A stretch of 42,297 nt of DNA from an uncultured Candidatus Saccharibacteria bacterium (GCA_964636195.1 CAZWQR010000003.1:1-42297), one strand, 5' to 3'; positions 1 to 8,633 are shown, counted from the stretch's first letter. Made by a program: numbers and translations. Notes: generated by a model from the sequence alone, not told the origin.

Positions 1-49
1 TATATATGGCAAAAGATTAATAGAACACTAATCAAGAAGGAGGAGAATT

Positions 50-451
50 ATGAAGTTGGGTTTGAGGAAGATTGCTGACAACTTGTTTCCCATCAAAACC
101 TACAATTTTTGGCGCTTGCGGCGCTTAACGGTCAAAGTAAAAACTATAAAAACGACGTCGCTGAATAAATGGAACGCAGCTATTGTCGCCCCATATGTCT
201 TATTATTTGTAACTAATTGGCCGATCCTCTCGGCAGCCGAAGGAGAGATAAACGAAAACAGCCATCATCCGCTAGCTTTGACAATGTCGTACCTAGGAGT
301 AAAAATATTCTCCTTCTCTCAGAACCAAGGAACAATACAGCCCCTAGCAGGACAAAACGCACATAAGTTGAGTAAACGGGTCGTTAAACTGCTTATACGC
401 TGGGAGACAGACCCATCGTATAGAGAAATGTTACAGACTGTGTTAAGCTAG
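50..451 (+). CDS. hypothetical protein (133 aa), no recognisable family; self-contained SD-led cassette
   Basis: ATG at 50 is preceded by AAGGAGG (37-43, 6-nt spacer). The ORF ends about 20 nt before a strong intrinsic terminator. G+C is visibly higher than in neighbours. I recognise no conserved motif. Confidence 0.45.
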   Translation: MKLGLRKIADNLFPIKTYNFWRLRRLTVKVKTIKTTSLNKWNAAIVAPYVLLFVTNWPILSAAEGEINENSHHPLALTMSYLGVKIFSFSQNQGTIQPLAGQNAHKLSKRVVKLLIRWETDPSYREMLQTVLS

Positions 452-470
452 TACGAAATATAACCTAGCA

Positions 471-500
471 AGCAGGCGCTATCTAACGCCTGCTTTTTTT
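471..500 (+). terminator. rho-independent terminator
   Basis: Perfect 8-bp stem agcaggcg/cgcctgct with an 8-nt loop, followed by a T-run (tttttt). Confidence 0.8.
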
Positions 501-532
501 AGTTTTAATCACTAAACAAAAAACTAATATTC

Positions 533-541
533 TGATAAGAT
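533..541 (+). promoter_or_regulatory. extended -10 element (TGaTAAGAT) 6 nt upstream of the murD ATG
   Basis: TG-n-TAAGAT at 533-541, then aaaaca, then ATG at 548. No SD. Confidence 0.4.
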
Positions 542-547
542 AAAACA

Positions 548-1783
548 ATGCATCTAAAAGATAAAAAAATTCTTATCCTGGGCTTGGGCAGAGAAGGAAT
601 GTCTAGCTTAAAATTTTTAAGAAAAAAATTTCCCGAAAAAATAATCGGCGTGGCTGATCAAAGAAATTTGGATTTTAAAGAAAAAGATACTAAAACTCAT
701 TTTGGCAAAGATTATCTCAGAGCAATAGGGGAGTATGACTTAATCATTAAAGCCCCGGGAATTAACAAAGATTTAGTAAAACCATATTTAACGGATAAAA
801 TTATTACCTCGCAAGCAGAAATATTCTTAAAACAACACAAAGATAAGGTTATTGCTGTGACTGGCTCTAAAGGCAAGGGCATAACTTCGGACCTCATTTA
901 CAGGGCATTGAAGCAATCCGGCAAAAAAACATATTTAATCGGCAATATGGGAAGACCTCCGCTGGATTACTACGATAAACAAGGAATTTTTGTTTTTGAA
1001 ATTTCTTCTCATCAACTAGAAGACCTAAAGATAAACCCTCACATTGCTATATTTTTAAACATTTTTCCTGACCATCTTGACTTCTTTAAAACATTTAAAA
1101 ACTATTTTAAAGCCAAGAGCAATATTACTCTTTTTCAAACCAAAGATGACTATTTTATTTTTAACAGCCAATATCCAGAGCTTTCACAATTGGCTCGCAA
1201 GACAAAAGCCAGAACCATTGATTATACTAAAAAGCATTTAAGGGAGCCAAAAAATTCGCTTTTAAAAGGAAGGCTTTTTTCAGAAGACGTAAAAGCAGCT
1301 GGCTGCGCACTGGATCTTTTTAATATTTCCATAGAAAAAACTTTAAAACATTACAAGCCGTTTGAACATCGTTTAGAAATAGTAGGTACATTTAAGGGAA
1401 TAAAATTTATCAATGACTCTGCTTCTACCTTGCCAGAGGCCACAATTGCCGCCTTAGAGGCAATTGATGATGTTGATACTCTGATTTTAGGGGGCTCAAA
1501 CAAAGGTTCTGATTTCAAAAAACTAGCAAGAGAAATAGAAAAAAAAGACATCAAAACGGTTATCCTTTTCCCTACCGAAGGAGAGAAAATCCTTCAAGAG
1601 CTTAAAAAGAAACCTAACTATTTTTTTACAAACAATATGAAAGAAGCAGTTCAGCTTTGCTATCAAAAGGCAAAAAAGGTTTGTTTGCTTTCTCCTGCTT
1701 GCGCCAGCTTTTCCTGCTTCAATGATTATGCTGAAAGGGGAAAGCTCTTCAAAAAATATGTAAAAGAACTAAATGAAACATAA
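548..1783 (+). CDS. murD: UDP-N-acetylmuramoylalanine--D-glutamate ligase
   Basis: N-terminal Rossmann-like KKILILGLGREG, Mur-ligase P-loop VTGSKGKGIT, and position upstream of ftsW-murG. Confidence 0.9.
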   Translation: MHLKDKKILILGLGREGMSSLKFLRKKFPEKIIGVADQRNLDFKEKDTKTHFGKDYLRAIGEYDLIIKAPGINKDLVKPYLTDKIITSQAEIFLKQHKDKVIAVTGSKGKGITSDLIYRALKQSGKKTYLIGNMGRPPLDYYDKQGIFVFEISSHQLEDLKINPHIAIFLNIFPDHLDFFKTFKNYFKAKSNITLFQTKDDYFIFNSQYPELSQLARKTKARTIDYTKKHLREPKNSLLKGRLFSEDVKAAGCALDLFNISIEKTLKHYKPFEHRLEIVGTFKGIKFINDSASTLPEATIAALEAIDDVDTLILGGSNKGSDFKKLAREIEKKDIKTVILFPTEGEKILQELKKKPNYFFTNNMKEAVQLCYQKAKKVCLLSPACASFSCFNDYAERGKLFKKYVKELNET

Positions 1784-2873
1784 GGGCATAAAACCAGATC
1801 TAGTCCTTTTGGCTTCTATTTTTCTGATTATTTTTTGGGGATTTTTAATTTTAGCCAGTGTCTCTATTACAATCTCCCAAAAATACTTTGATAATTCTTT
1901 TCACTTTCTAATTCACCAAATAGTTTTTGGTCTCCTGCCCGGGCTTATTTTAGGATTTATTGCCTATAAGATAGACCTAAAAATTATCAGAAAATATGCC
2001 CTGGTTTTAGTAATCATTGCTATCCTTTTAATGGTTTTAATCTTTATGCCAAAAATCGGCAGCTCAAGCGGAGGAGCCAGGCGCTGGGTTTCTCTCTTTG
2101 GCCTGAAGTTCCAGCCCTCTGAATTCCTAAAACTAGCTTTTATTATTTATCTAGCTGCCTGGCTAACTAAACACAAAAAAGAAAAAAAGAGTTTCCTAAA
2201 CTTTTTCCTCCCTATGATTGTAATTCTAGGGGTAGTCTGTGTCTTATTAATAATGCAGCCCGATATTAGTACTTTGGGGGTAATTGTGGCAGTGGCCCTA
2301 ATTATGTATTTTATTGCTGAAACTCCTATTTGGCACACGCTAGTTTTAGCTTTTTCAGGCGTTGCCGCACTGCTTATTTTAATCAAGACCGCCCCTTATA
2401 GATTAGAGCGCATGCTAGTTTTTTTAAACCCAGGCACTCAACCGCTTGGCAGCGGTTATCAATTTAATCAGTCCCTTATTGCCGTGGGCTCAGGGAGAAT
2501 AACCGGCCAAGGGTTAGGCCTAAGCGTCCAGAAATCAAGTTTTTTGCCACAACCAATGACTGACACTATTTTTGCCGTTCTCGCCGAAGAAACCGGGTTT
2601 ATTGGCGCCTGTATATTGGTTATCCTATTTTTAATCTTTATTTGGCAGGGATTTAACATCGCTAGAAAATCAAAAGGGGACTTCTTAAAACTAATGGCTA
2701 TTGGTATTGTTTTATGGCTTACTATTCAGGCCTTTGTAAATATCGGGGCGATAATAGGCATTCTGCCCTTAACTGGCATTCCTTTGCCATTAGTAAGCTA
2801 TGGCAGTTCCCATATACTGGTGGAGCTCACAGCGCTTGGTTTACTCTTAAACATTTCTAAACAAAAAACATGA
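1773..2873 (+). CDS. ftsW: SEDS-family peptidoglycan polymerase FtsW/RodA
   Basis: Polytopic membrane protein with SEDS-type C-terminal motifs (LPLTGIPLPLVSYGSS). Sits between murD and murG and overlaps the murD stop. Confidence 0.85.
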   Translation: MKHKGIKPDLVLLASIFLIIFWGFLILASVSITISQKYFDNSFHFLIHQIVFGLLPGLILGFIAYKIDLKIIRKYALVLVIIAILLMVLIFMPKIGSSSGGARRWVSLFGLKFQPSEFLKLAFIIYLAAWLTKHKKEKKSFLNFFLPMIVILGVVCVLLIMQPDISTLGVIVAVALIMYFIAETPIWHTLVLAFSGVAALLILIKTAPYRLERMLVFLNPGTQPLGSGYQFNQSLIAVGSGRITGQGLGLSVQKSSFLPQPMTDTIFAVLAEETGFIGACILVILFLIFIWQGFNIARKSKGDFLKLMAIGIVLWLTIQAFVNIGAIIGILPLTGIPLPLVSYGSSHILVELTALGLLLNISKQKT

Positions 2874-3991
2874 AAATAGTATTTACCGGAGGCGGAACCG
2901 GCGGACATATTTATCCAATTTTAGCGATTATAAGGGAGATGAAAAAAATCTCTCCTCAGACATTTTATTATATCGGCCCTAAAACAAGATTCGGCTTAAA
3001 AGAGCTTCAGAAAGAAAGGGTCATTCTCAAAACAATAACTACTGGGAAATTAAGAAGATATAAAAAAATTTCAGCTATTTTTCAAAATATAATTGATGTT
3101 GTTTTTAAAATTCCTTGGGGCATTTTGAGTGCTGTTTTTGCTTTAAAAAGCATTGAGCCAGATCTTATCTTGAGCAAGGGAGGTTACGGGGCTTTGCCTG
3201 TTATTATCGCCAATAAATTATTCAAATTTCCACTATTCATCCACGAGTCTGATTCTATTGCTGGAAAAACCACTAATTTAGCCGCCAAACAAGCAGTGGC
3301 AATCTTTACCTCTTTTGACGATACCGAGATAGAAGGAAATTTTCAGAATAAAATTATTGTTACCGGAAACCCTATCAGAAAAGAACTCCTTTTTGGAAAC
3401 GAAAACGAGGCGAAAAAAATTTTTAACCTTAGCGGAGAAAAGCCACTAATTCTTATTCTGGGCGGTTCTCAAGGAGCAGAAGAAATCAATGAATTGGTTT
3501 TGGCAATTTTGCCCCAGCTATTGGAAAAATTTGAAATAATTCATCAATGCGGAGAAAAAAATCTAGATAACACTGACTTGCTTTACAGAACCATAGTAGA
3601 AAACAAAGAGCTTGATAAGTATTATCATCTATACGGTTTCTTAAATGAAGAACAGATTAAACACGCCTTGGCTGGCGCCCATCTAGTTGTTAGCCGAGCT
3701 GGAGCAGCGGCTATCTTTGAAATAGCAGCTTTGGGCAAACCAAGCATTCTCATTCCTTTACTTAATTCAGCCCAGGGCCACCAAGCCAAGAACGCTTATC
3801 TTTATGCTAAAAATGGAGCGGCAGAGGTTTTAGAACCTGAAAATCCAACTCCGCATATGCTTTATTCCGCTTTAATAAAAATATTTTCTCATCCTGAAAA
3901 TTTAAAAGAAATGGAAAAAGCGGCCCTAAAGTTTTCTAAGCCAGAAGCAGGGGAGAGGATTGCAAAATATCTAGTTTTGGCAAAAGGTTGA
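2870..3991 (+). CDS. murG: UDP-GlcNAc:lipid I N-acetylglucosaminyltransferase
   Basis: N-terminal GGGTGGHIYP motif, C-terminal SRAGA..E motif, ATGA overlap with ftsW. Confidence 0.9.
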   Translation: MKIVFTGGGTGGHIYPILAIIREMKKISPQTFYYIGPKTRFGLKELQKERVILKTITTGKLRRYKKISAIFQNIIDVVFKIPWGILSAVFALKSIEPDLILSKGGYGALPVIIANKLFKFPLFIHESDSIAGKTTNLAAKQAVAIFTSFDDTEIEGNFQNKIIVTGNPIRKELLFGNENEAKKIFNLSGEKPLILILGGSQGAEEINELVLAILPQLLEKFEIIHQCGEKNLDNTDLLYRTIVENKELDKYYHLYGFLNEEQIKHALAGAHLVVSRAGAAAIFEIAALGKPSILIPLLNSAQGHQAKNAYLYAKNGAAEVLEPENPTPHMLYSALIKIFSHPENLKEMEKAALKFSKPEAGERIAKYLVLAKG

Positions 3992-4016
3992 AAAAAAGAA
4001 AAATATTCAGTATAAT
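3988..4016 (+). promoter_or_regulatory. sigma70-type promoter for gltX (TTGAAA-17-TATAAT), 8 nt before the ATG
   Basis: TTGAAA at 3988-3993, 17-nt spacer, TATAAT at 4011-4016, ATG at 4025, no SD. Confidence 0.6.
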
Positions 4017-4024
4017 ATTAGATA

Positions 4025-5599
4025 ATGCCAGAAACAAAAATAAAAAATCCCAGAGTGAGAATTGCGCCTTCGCCAACAGGTTTTTTACATCTTGGAACCG
4101 CCAGATCGGCTCTTTTTAATTATCTCTTTGCGAAAAAATACGAAGGCAAATTTATCCTTAGAATAGAAGACACAGACAAAGAACGCTCTAAAGAAGAATA
4201 TGTAGAAGATATTGTTCAAGGTTTAAGGTGGCTTAACATTGTCTGGGACGAAGGAATAAGCCCAGACGATTTAAGAGAGGAATTAGGCGATTTTGGACCT
4301 TATAAGCAGAGTCACAGAACAAACTTATACAAAAAATATATTGAAAAACTTTTAGAAGAAAATAAGGCCTATTACTGCTTTTGCAGTAAAGAAGAACTTG
4401 AGGCCCACAGGCAGTATCAATTGAGCATTGGCCAACCGCCTAAATATAGCGGTAAGTGCCGGAATTTAGATCAAAAAACCGTTGAACAATATTTAAAAGA
4501 GGGCAAACCATATGTGATTAGATTTAAAAATCCCAATACCCAAGTTGTATTTCAGGATTTAATCAAGGGGAAAATAGAATTTGACAGCAGCCTAATAGGG
4601 GACATAATAATTGCCAAAGACACAGAGTCGCCCTTATACAATTTAGCGGCCGTAATTGATGACTATGAAATGAAAATCACTCATGTTTTAAGAGGCGAGG
4701 ATCATATTTCTAATACTCCTAAACAAATTCTTTTACAAAGGGCTTTGGGTATAAAATCGCCTGAATACGGCCATTTTTCTTTAATTTTAGGACCCGATAA
4801 GAGGAAATTGAGCAAAAGACACGGGACCGTTTCGGTAAATGAATACAAAAAAAAGGGTTATTTGCCGGAGGCAATGGTGAACTTTATGGCCTTTTTAGGC
4901 TGGAATCCGGGAACAGAAAAAGAAATTTTTCCTTTAAATATCTTAGTAAAAGAATTCTCCCTAGAACGCTGCCAAAAATCACCTTCTCTGTTTAACTTAA
5001 AAAAACTTGACTGGCTAAACGGTTTTTATATCAGAAACAAATCCTTATCCAAAATAACAGAGCTCTGCATCCCTTACCTGATTGAAGCCGGATTTATTGA
5101 ACCCACATTTGAGACAGAAGAACACTTAGTCGGTCTTGGGCCAGTTGATATAAAACAAGGCTTTTTGGTGCCTGGCACAGGTGAAAAAATAAACTTACAG
5201 GAATTACAAAAAATAATAGCCCTTTACCAGGAACGGCTCAAATATCTTTCTGAGATAAGTGATTTAACCTCATTTTTCTTTAAAAAAGAGCTAAATTATG
5301 AAAAAAACCTTCTTTTATGGAAAAATATGCAGGACAATGATCTTAAAAGCGTTTTAAGCGCCCTAGAAGGGGTCCTAGAGCCCATTTCTTCATCAAAATG
5401 GGTAAAGGGACATCTAGAGGAGATATTGCTTAAAAAAGCGGCTGAAATTAGCCCGAAAGGGGATAGGGGTTGGCTTTTATGGCCTCTGCGCGTGGCCTTA
5501 ACCGGTAAACAGTCATCAGCCCCGCCGTTTGAGATAGCTGAGATTTTGGGAAAAGAAAAAACTTTGCTAAGATTAAAACAAGCAAAGGAAAAATTATGA
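4025..5599 (+). CDS. gltX: glutamyl-tRNA synthetase
   Basis: Class I HIGH-type motif PSPTGFLHLG and KMSKS-type KLSKRHG. Confidence 0.93.
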   Translation: MPETKIKNPRVRIAPSPTGFLHLGTARSALFNYLFAKKYEGKFILRIEDTDKERSKEEYVEDIVQGLRWLNIVWDEGISPDDLREELGDFGPYKQSHRTNLYKKYIEKLLEENKAYYCFCSKEELEAHRQYQLSIGQPPKYSGKCRNLDQKTVEQYLKEGKPYVIRFKNPNTQVVFQDLIKGKIEFDSSLIGDIIIAKDTESPLYNLAAVIDDYEMKITHVLRGEDHISNTPKQILLQRALGIKSPEYGHFSLILGPDKRKLSKRHGTVSVNEYKKKGYLPEAMVNFMAFLGWNPGTEKEIFPLNILVKEFSLERCQKSPSLFNLKKLDWLNGFYIRNKSLSKITELCIPYLIEAGFIEPTFETEEHLVGLGPVDIKQGFLVPGTGEKINLQELQKIIALYQERLKYLSEISDLTSFFFKKELNYEKNLLLWKNMQDNDLKSVLSALEGVLEPISSSKWVKGHLEEILLKKAAEISPKGDRGWLLWPLRVALTGKQSSAPPFEIAEILGKEKTLLRLKQAKEKL

Positions 5600-5928
5600 T
5601 CAAAAAAGGGGAGTGGGTTAAATTTATTATTATTTCTGCAATCTGCTTTTTAATTTTTTTACCTTTTAGTTATTTAAAAGCTCAACAGATAGAACCGCCT
5701 GGGCTTGAAACTGGAAAAAATCTCCTGCACAAAACAAGCAGCTCTAGCAGGTCCTTTGTTGGTAGGGTAGGCGAGAAAATAAGAAATTGGCTCTTTGCTA
5801 TTGTTCCCTTTTTAGAAAAGATTAACTTCCAAGTCGCTGAATGGTGGAATAATTCAGCCAAGCCATGGCTTATTCAGGCTTATAATAATTTCTCCCTGTT
5901 TTGGAACAGAGAAATTATTATAGATTAG
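5596..5928 (+). CDS. hypothetical small secreted/membrane protein (110 aa)
   Basis: ATGA overlap with the gltX stop and an N-terminal hydrophobic segment. No recognisable family. Confidence 0.55.
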   Translation: MIKKGEWVKFIIISAICFLIFLPFSYLKAQQIEPPGLETGKNLLHKTSSSSRSFVGRVGEKIRNWLFAIVPFLEKINFQVAEWWNNSAKPWLIQAYNNFSLFWNREIIID

Positions 5929-5951
5929 TTATAGATTAAAAGTTTATCCAC

Positions 5952-5981
5952 TTGACACTTCTATTTTAGGGGAGTTATTGT
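5952..5981 (+). promoter_or_regulatory. candidate promoter for the Xer recombinase gene (TTGACA-18-TATTGT)
   Basis: TTGACA at 5952-5957 and TATTGT at 5976-5981. This would give a leader of about 70 nt containing a 7-bp hairpin gagaagt/acttctc. Confidence 0.35.
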
Positions 5982-6052
5982 AATAGATAGTTAGTCGCAT
6001 AATACATCTTAACCGTCTTTAGAGAAGTAGAAGCACTTCTCCGCTCTAATTT

Positions 6053-6997
6053 ATGCAAAAAAGCAATAAGCCAATTATAAAGCATCTAACAGATTTTTTA
6101 GACTGGCTGGATATAGAAGAAGGCCTTTCTTATAAGTCTCAAGAAAATTACCATAGATTTCTAAAAAGTTTTTTTGAATGGCTAAAGATAAATAACCTGC
6201 AGAATCTAAAGCCCCACCAGCTGACCCCTGACCATATTTTTAAATATAAGACATATTTATCAAGACAAAGAATTAAAAGCAATAAAAAACAATTAAAAAA
6301 GAATACTCAAAATTATTACCTGATAGCTTTGCGTTCATTGCTAAATTATTTTGCAGACAAAGACATCATTTCCCTGCCGTCTGAAAAAATTAAATTGTTA
6401 AAGCAAGAAAAAGAAAGAAAGATAAATTTTTTAGAACTTAATGAAGTAAAAAAATTGCTTGAAGCGCCCAATACCTCAAGAAAAACAGGATTAAGAGACA
6501 GGGCTATTTTAGAAATTCTGTTCTCAACTGGCTTAAGGGTGGCAGAATTAGGAGCTCTAAATCGTGAACAGTTTCAGCTAAAGGATGAAGATAAGCTTTT
6601 AGAAATAAGCATTACTGGCAAAGGAGGCCATATTCGAACAGTTTTTCTTTCCGAAGACGCAATCAAATGGCTTAAAAAATACTTAAGAACCAGAAACGAT
6701 AACTCCAAGGCCTTGTTTATTTCATATAAAGGCAGAAATCCCAATAGTCGCCTCACAACAAGGTCTATTGAAAGAATTATAAAAAAATATGCCCTCAAAG
6801 CAGGTTTGCCGCCAAGCACGTCTCCTCATACCTTAAGACATAGTTTCGCCACCGACCTGCTTACTAAGGGCGTTGATTTAAGAGTGGTTCAAGAATTTCT
6901 CGGACACAGAGATATAAGCACAACTCAAATATATACTCATGTGACAAGGCCTCATCTAAGAAAAATCCATAAAAAGTATCATGGAACTAAAGGGTAA
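6053..6997 (+). CDS. tyrosine site-specific recombinase, XerC/XerD family
   Basis: C-terminal catalytic region HTLRHSFAT...LGHRDISTTQIYTHV (R..HxxR..Y). Confidence 0.88.
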   Translation: MQKSNKPIIKHLTDFLDWLDIEEGLSYKSQENYHRFLKSFFEWLKINNLQNLKPHQLTPDHIFKYKTYLSRQRIKSNKKQLKKNTQNYYLIALRSLLNYFADKDIISLPSEKIKLLKQEKERKINFLELNEVKKLLEAPNTSRKTGLRDRAILEILFSTGLRVAELGALNREQFQLKDEDKLLEISITGKGGHIRTVFLSEDAIKWLKKYLRTRNDNSKALFISYKGRNPNSRLTTRSIERIIKKYALKAGLPPSTSPHTLRHSFATDLLTKGVDLRVVQEFLGHRDISTTQIYTHVTRPHLRKIHKKYHGTKG

Positions 6998-7066
6998 GCT
7001 TCCCTATCTCTGCAACAGCTATTTTATATAATGTCGCATAATATAGTTTAGCGCTATCAATATAAA

Positions 7067-7095
7067 ACGGCGAGTAGTCAAAGACTACTCGCCGT
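7067..7095 (-). terminator. terminator hairpin between convergent xer and GGDEF genes (possibly bidirectional)
   Basis: Perfect 13-bp stem acggcgagtagtc/gactactcgccgt with a 3-nt loop. On the minus strand it is followed by TTTTATATT. It overlaps the last GGDEF codons. Confidence 0.6.
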
Positions 7096-7639
7096 TAACT
7101 CGTCTCAGATTAGTTTGCTTAGCTTTTTTTTGCTGATACAACTCTTGATCTGCCTTCTCTATCAAGGCCTGAGCCGATGAGTCCTCTTCCAAGGCGGCTA
7201 TGCCATAACTAAGGCCAATTGAAACTCCTAGCCTTGGCTCGACAAACGTTCTAAGAGCGTCAACAAGCCTTGTTGTCATAAGCGTTTGAGCTCCTTCTTG
7301 GTCAGTTTCTGACAATACTAACAAGAATTCGTCTCCGCCATAGCGGATAACGAAATCGCTTTTCCTCAAAATCGATTGAAGGGCCCGACTAACCTGTCTT
7401 AAGATGTTGTCAGCTACGACATGGCCAAATCTGTCGTTGATACCTTTAAAATTATCGATATCCAACAATAGAAACGTCAAGTCACGTTCGTAGCGCCGAG
7501 CTATCAGCAAGAGCTCGTCTAAGAATCCTTGTTCAAGCAATTTTCTGTCTAAACTGCCGGTCAAAGGATCTTGGATAATGTACTGTTTGCCATATCGGAA
7601 ACCGTAACAAAGCCCAGCTAATCTGTCTTTAATTGACAA
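7085..7639 (-). CDS. stand-alone GGDEF-domain diguanylate cyclase (about 184 aa, no sensor domain)
   Basis: RYGGDEF active site with an RxxD I-site (RKSD) 5 residues upstream, and DPLTG near the N-terminus. I prefer the TTG start at 7639, behind GGAGGTGA (7645-7652). The track ORF start at 7708 (TTG) coincides with a -35 hexamer. Confidence 0.8.
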   Translation of the reverse strand: MSIKDRLAGLCYGFRYGKQYIIQDPLTGSLDRKLLEQGFLDELLLIARRYERDLTFLLLDIDNFKGINDRFGHVVADNILRQVSRALQSILRKSDFVIRYGGDEFLLVLSETDQEGAQTLMTTRLVDALRTFVEPRLGVSIGLSYGIAALEEDSSAQALIEKADQELYQQKKAKQTNLRRVNGE

Positions 7640-7679
7640 CTCGCTCACCTCCTCTGCAACGATATTATTAGCTTTAAAA

Positions 7680-7708
7680 ATGATAGTATAGTTATCCCCT
7701 ATTGTCAA
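7680..7708 (-). promoter_or_regulatory. sigma70-type promoter for the GGDEF gene (TTGACA-17-TATCAT)
   Basis: Minus-strand TTGACA at 7708-7703, 17-nt spacer, TATCAT at 7685-7680. Confidence 0.6.
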
Positions 7709-7745
7709 ATATAATTAGGCGGCCTTGAAATAGGGATAAAATCAA

Positions 7746-7784
7746 AAACCCGCTCTTATTGTGGTTAGCGTAAAAAGCGGGTTT
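7746..7784 (-). terminator. terminator ending the PEBP-nuclease-TspO operon
   Basis: 9-bp stem aaacccgct/agcgggttt with a 21-nt loop, followed on the minus strand by a T-rich run. Confidence 0.5.
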
Positions 7785-7816
7785 CCTCTTTTTTAAATTC
7801 CTTTAGCTTAAATATT

Positions 7817-8128
7817 TTATTGAGCAAAATATTCTGCGCACTCCTCTTCGTGTTCGGGAAAAGAGCAATAGTCCCTACATTCTTCAACAGTAGAGCAACC
7901 GCCAGGACCATTTAATTCAAAACTACTGGTCGCCATTGGAAGATTGGGCTTAATTTCTGAAATATCTTGCTTTAGTTGATTAACCTGTTGATAAAAATCA
8001 AAGCTTTGCTCCTGAACGCCTCTTCTGCCCCAACTGGGAAAAAAAACATAAGACAAAACCATAGTTAAAATAATAACAATAATCCCCAGGTAGGTCTTTT
8101 TATTGCTCTGTTGTTTTTCTTCGGCCAT
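7817..8128 (-). CDS. small membrane-anchored protein with C-terminal 4-Cys acidic module
   Basis: One N-terminal TM helix and C-terminal GGCSTVEECRDYCSFPEHEEECAEY. The start lies 2 nt after the tspO stop. Confidence 0.6.
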   Translation of the reverse strand: MAEEKQQSNKKTYLGIIVIILTMVLSYVFFPSWGRRGVQEQSFDFYQQVNQLKQDISEIKPNLPMATSSFELNGPGGCSTVEECRDYCSFPEHEEECAEYFAQ

Positions 8129-8130
8129 TT

Positions 8131-8598
8131 TTAAGTATTTAATAATAAAACGCGATAAGCCAAAGAGGTGGCAAAAGCCACCCAGATAGCGTAAGGATAT
8201 AAAAGAATAGAAGCTCTCTTAGAGCTGTATCGCACCAAAAAAATCAAAGCTATCACCGTTGCTTCTAAAATAATCATTTCTAAAATTGAAGCTCCCACCA
8301 AGTGTAAGCCAAAGAAAAGATAAGACCACAAGACATTTAAAATTCCATTGATGATAAAAAGAGTTATTGCCACAATAAATCTTAGGTTGCGATAGGCCTT
8401 ATTCCAATAAATTAAAACAGAAATAGCGCTAAGAATAAAAACCACAGTCCAAACAGCGCCGATAATGGCTCCTGAAGGCGTAAAGCTGGGCAAAAGCAAC
8501 TTGTTATACCAAGCCATGCCATTGTTAGTAATCAAACTGCCAAAAAGGGAAATAAAAAAAACAATTAAAAGAATAATAATATAGCTCGGCCTAAACAT
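8131..8598 (-). CDS. tspO: TspO/MBR family tryptophan-rich sensory protein
   Basis: About 155 aa, five predicted TM helices, a W/Y-rich pattern (AWYN..L..P...P, VW, LLYPY..W) typical of TspO. Confidence 0.8.
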   Translation of the reverse strand: MFRPSYIIILLIVFFISLFGSLITNNGMAWYNKLLLPSFTPSGAIIGAVWTVVFILSAISVLIYWNKAYRNLRFIVAITLFIINGILNVLWSYLFFGLHLVGASILEMIILEATVIALIFLVRYSSKRASILLYPYAIWVAFATSLAYRVLLLNT

Positions 8599-8633
8599 AT
8601 TTATTTTATTCTAACAAATAAAAAAGAATAAAA

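Noticed and set aside
50-451. Possible tmRNA, RNase P RNA or SRP RNA instead of a CDS. The segment aacgaaaacagcc... superficially recalls the E. coli tmRNA tag region.
   Set aside because: There is no GGGG...TTCGAC 5' end and no tRNA-like 3' end (GGTTCGA...CCACCA). There is no GAGGAAAGTCC or ACAGAA..GGCTTA RNase P core on either strand. No short tag ORF ends in a stop. A strong SD plus ATG and a full-length ORF favour a CDS.
712-2659. Antisense ORFs inside murD and ftsW (712-897, 1351-1554, 2147-2386, 2468-2659).
   Set aside because: They lie fully inside well-supported genes on the opposite strand and have low-complexity, shadow-frame composition with no start signals.
6053-6997. The tyrosine recombinase as an integrase marking a mobile island.
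   Set aside because: The catalytic region and size fit chromosomal XerC/D-type enzymes. It is not next to a tRNA, and no phage, conjugation or transposition genes flank it. Only the 11-mer repeat hints otherwise, and that is reported separately.
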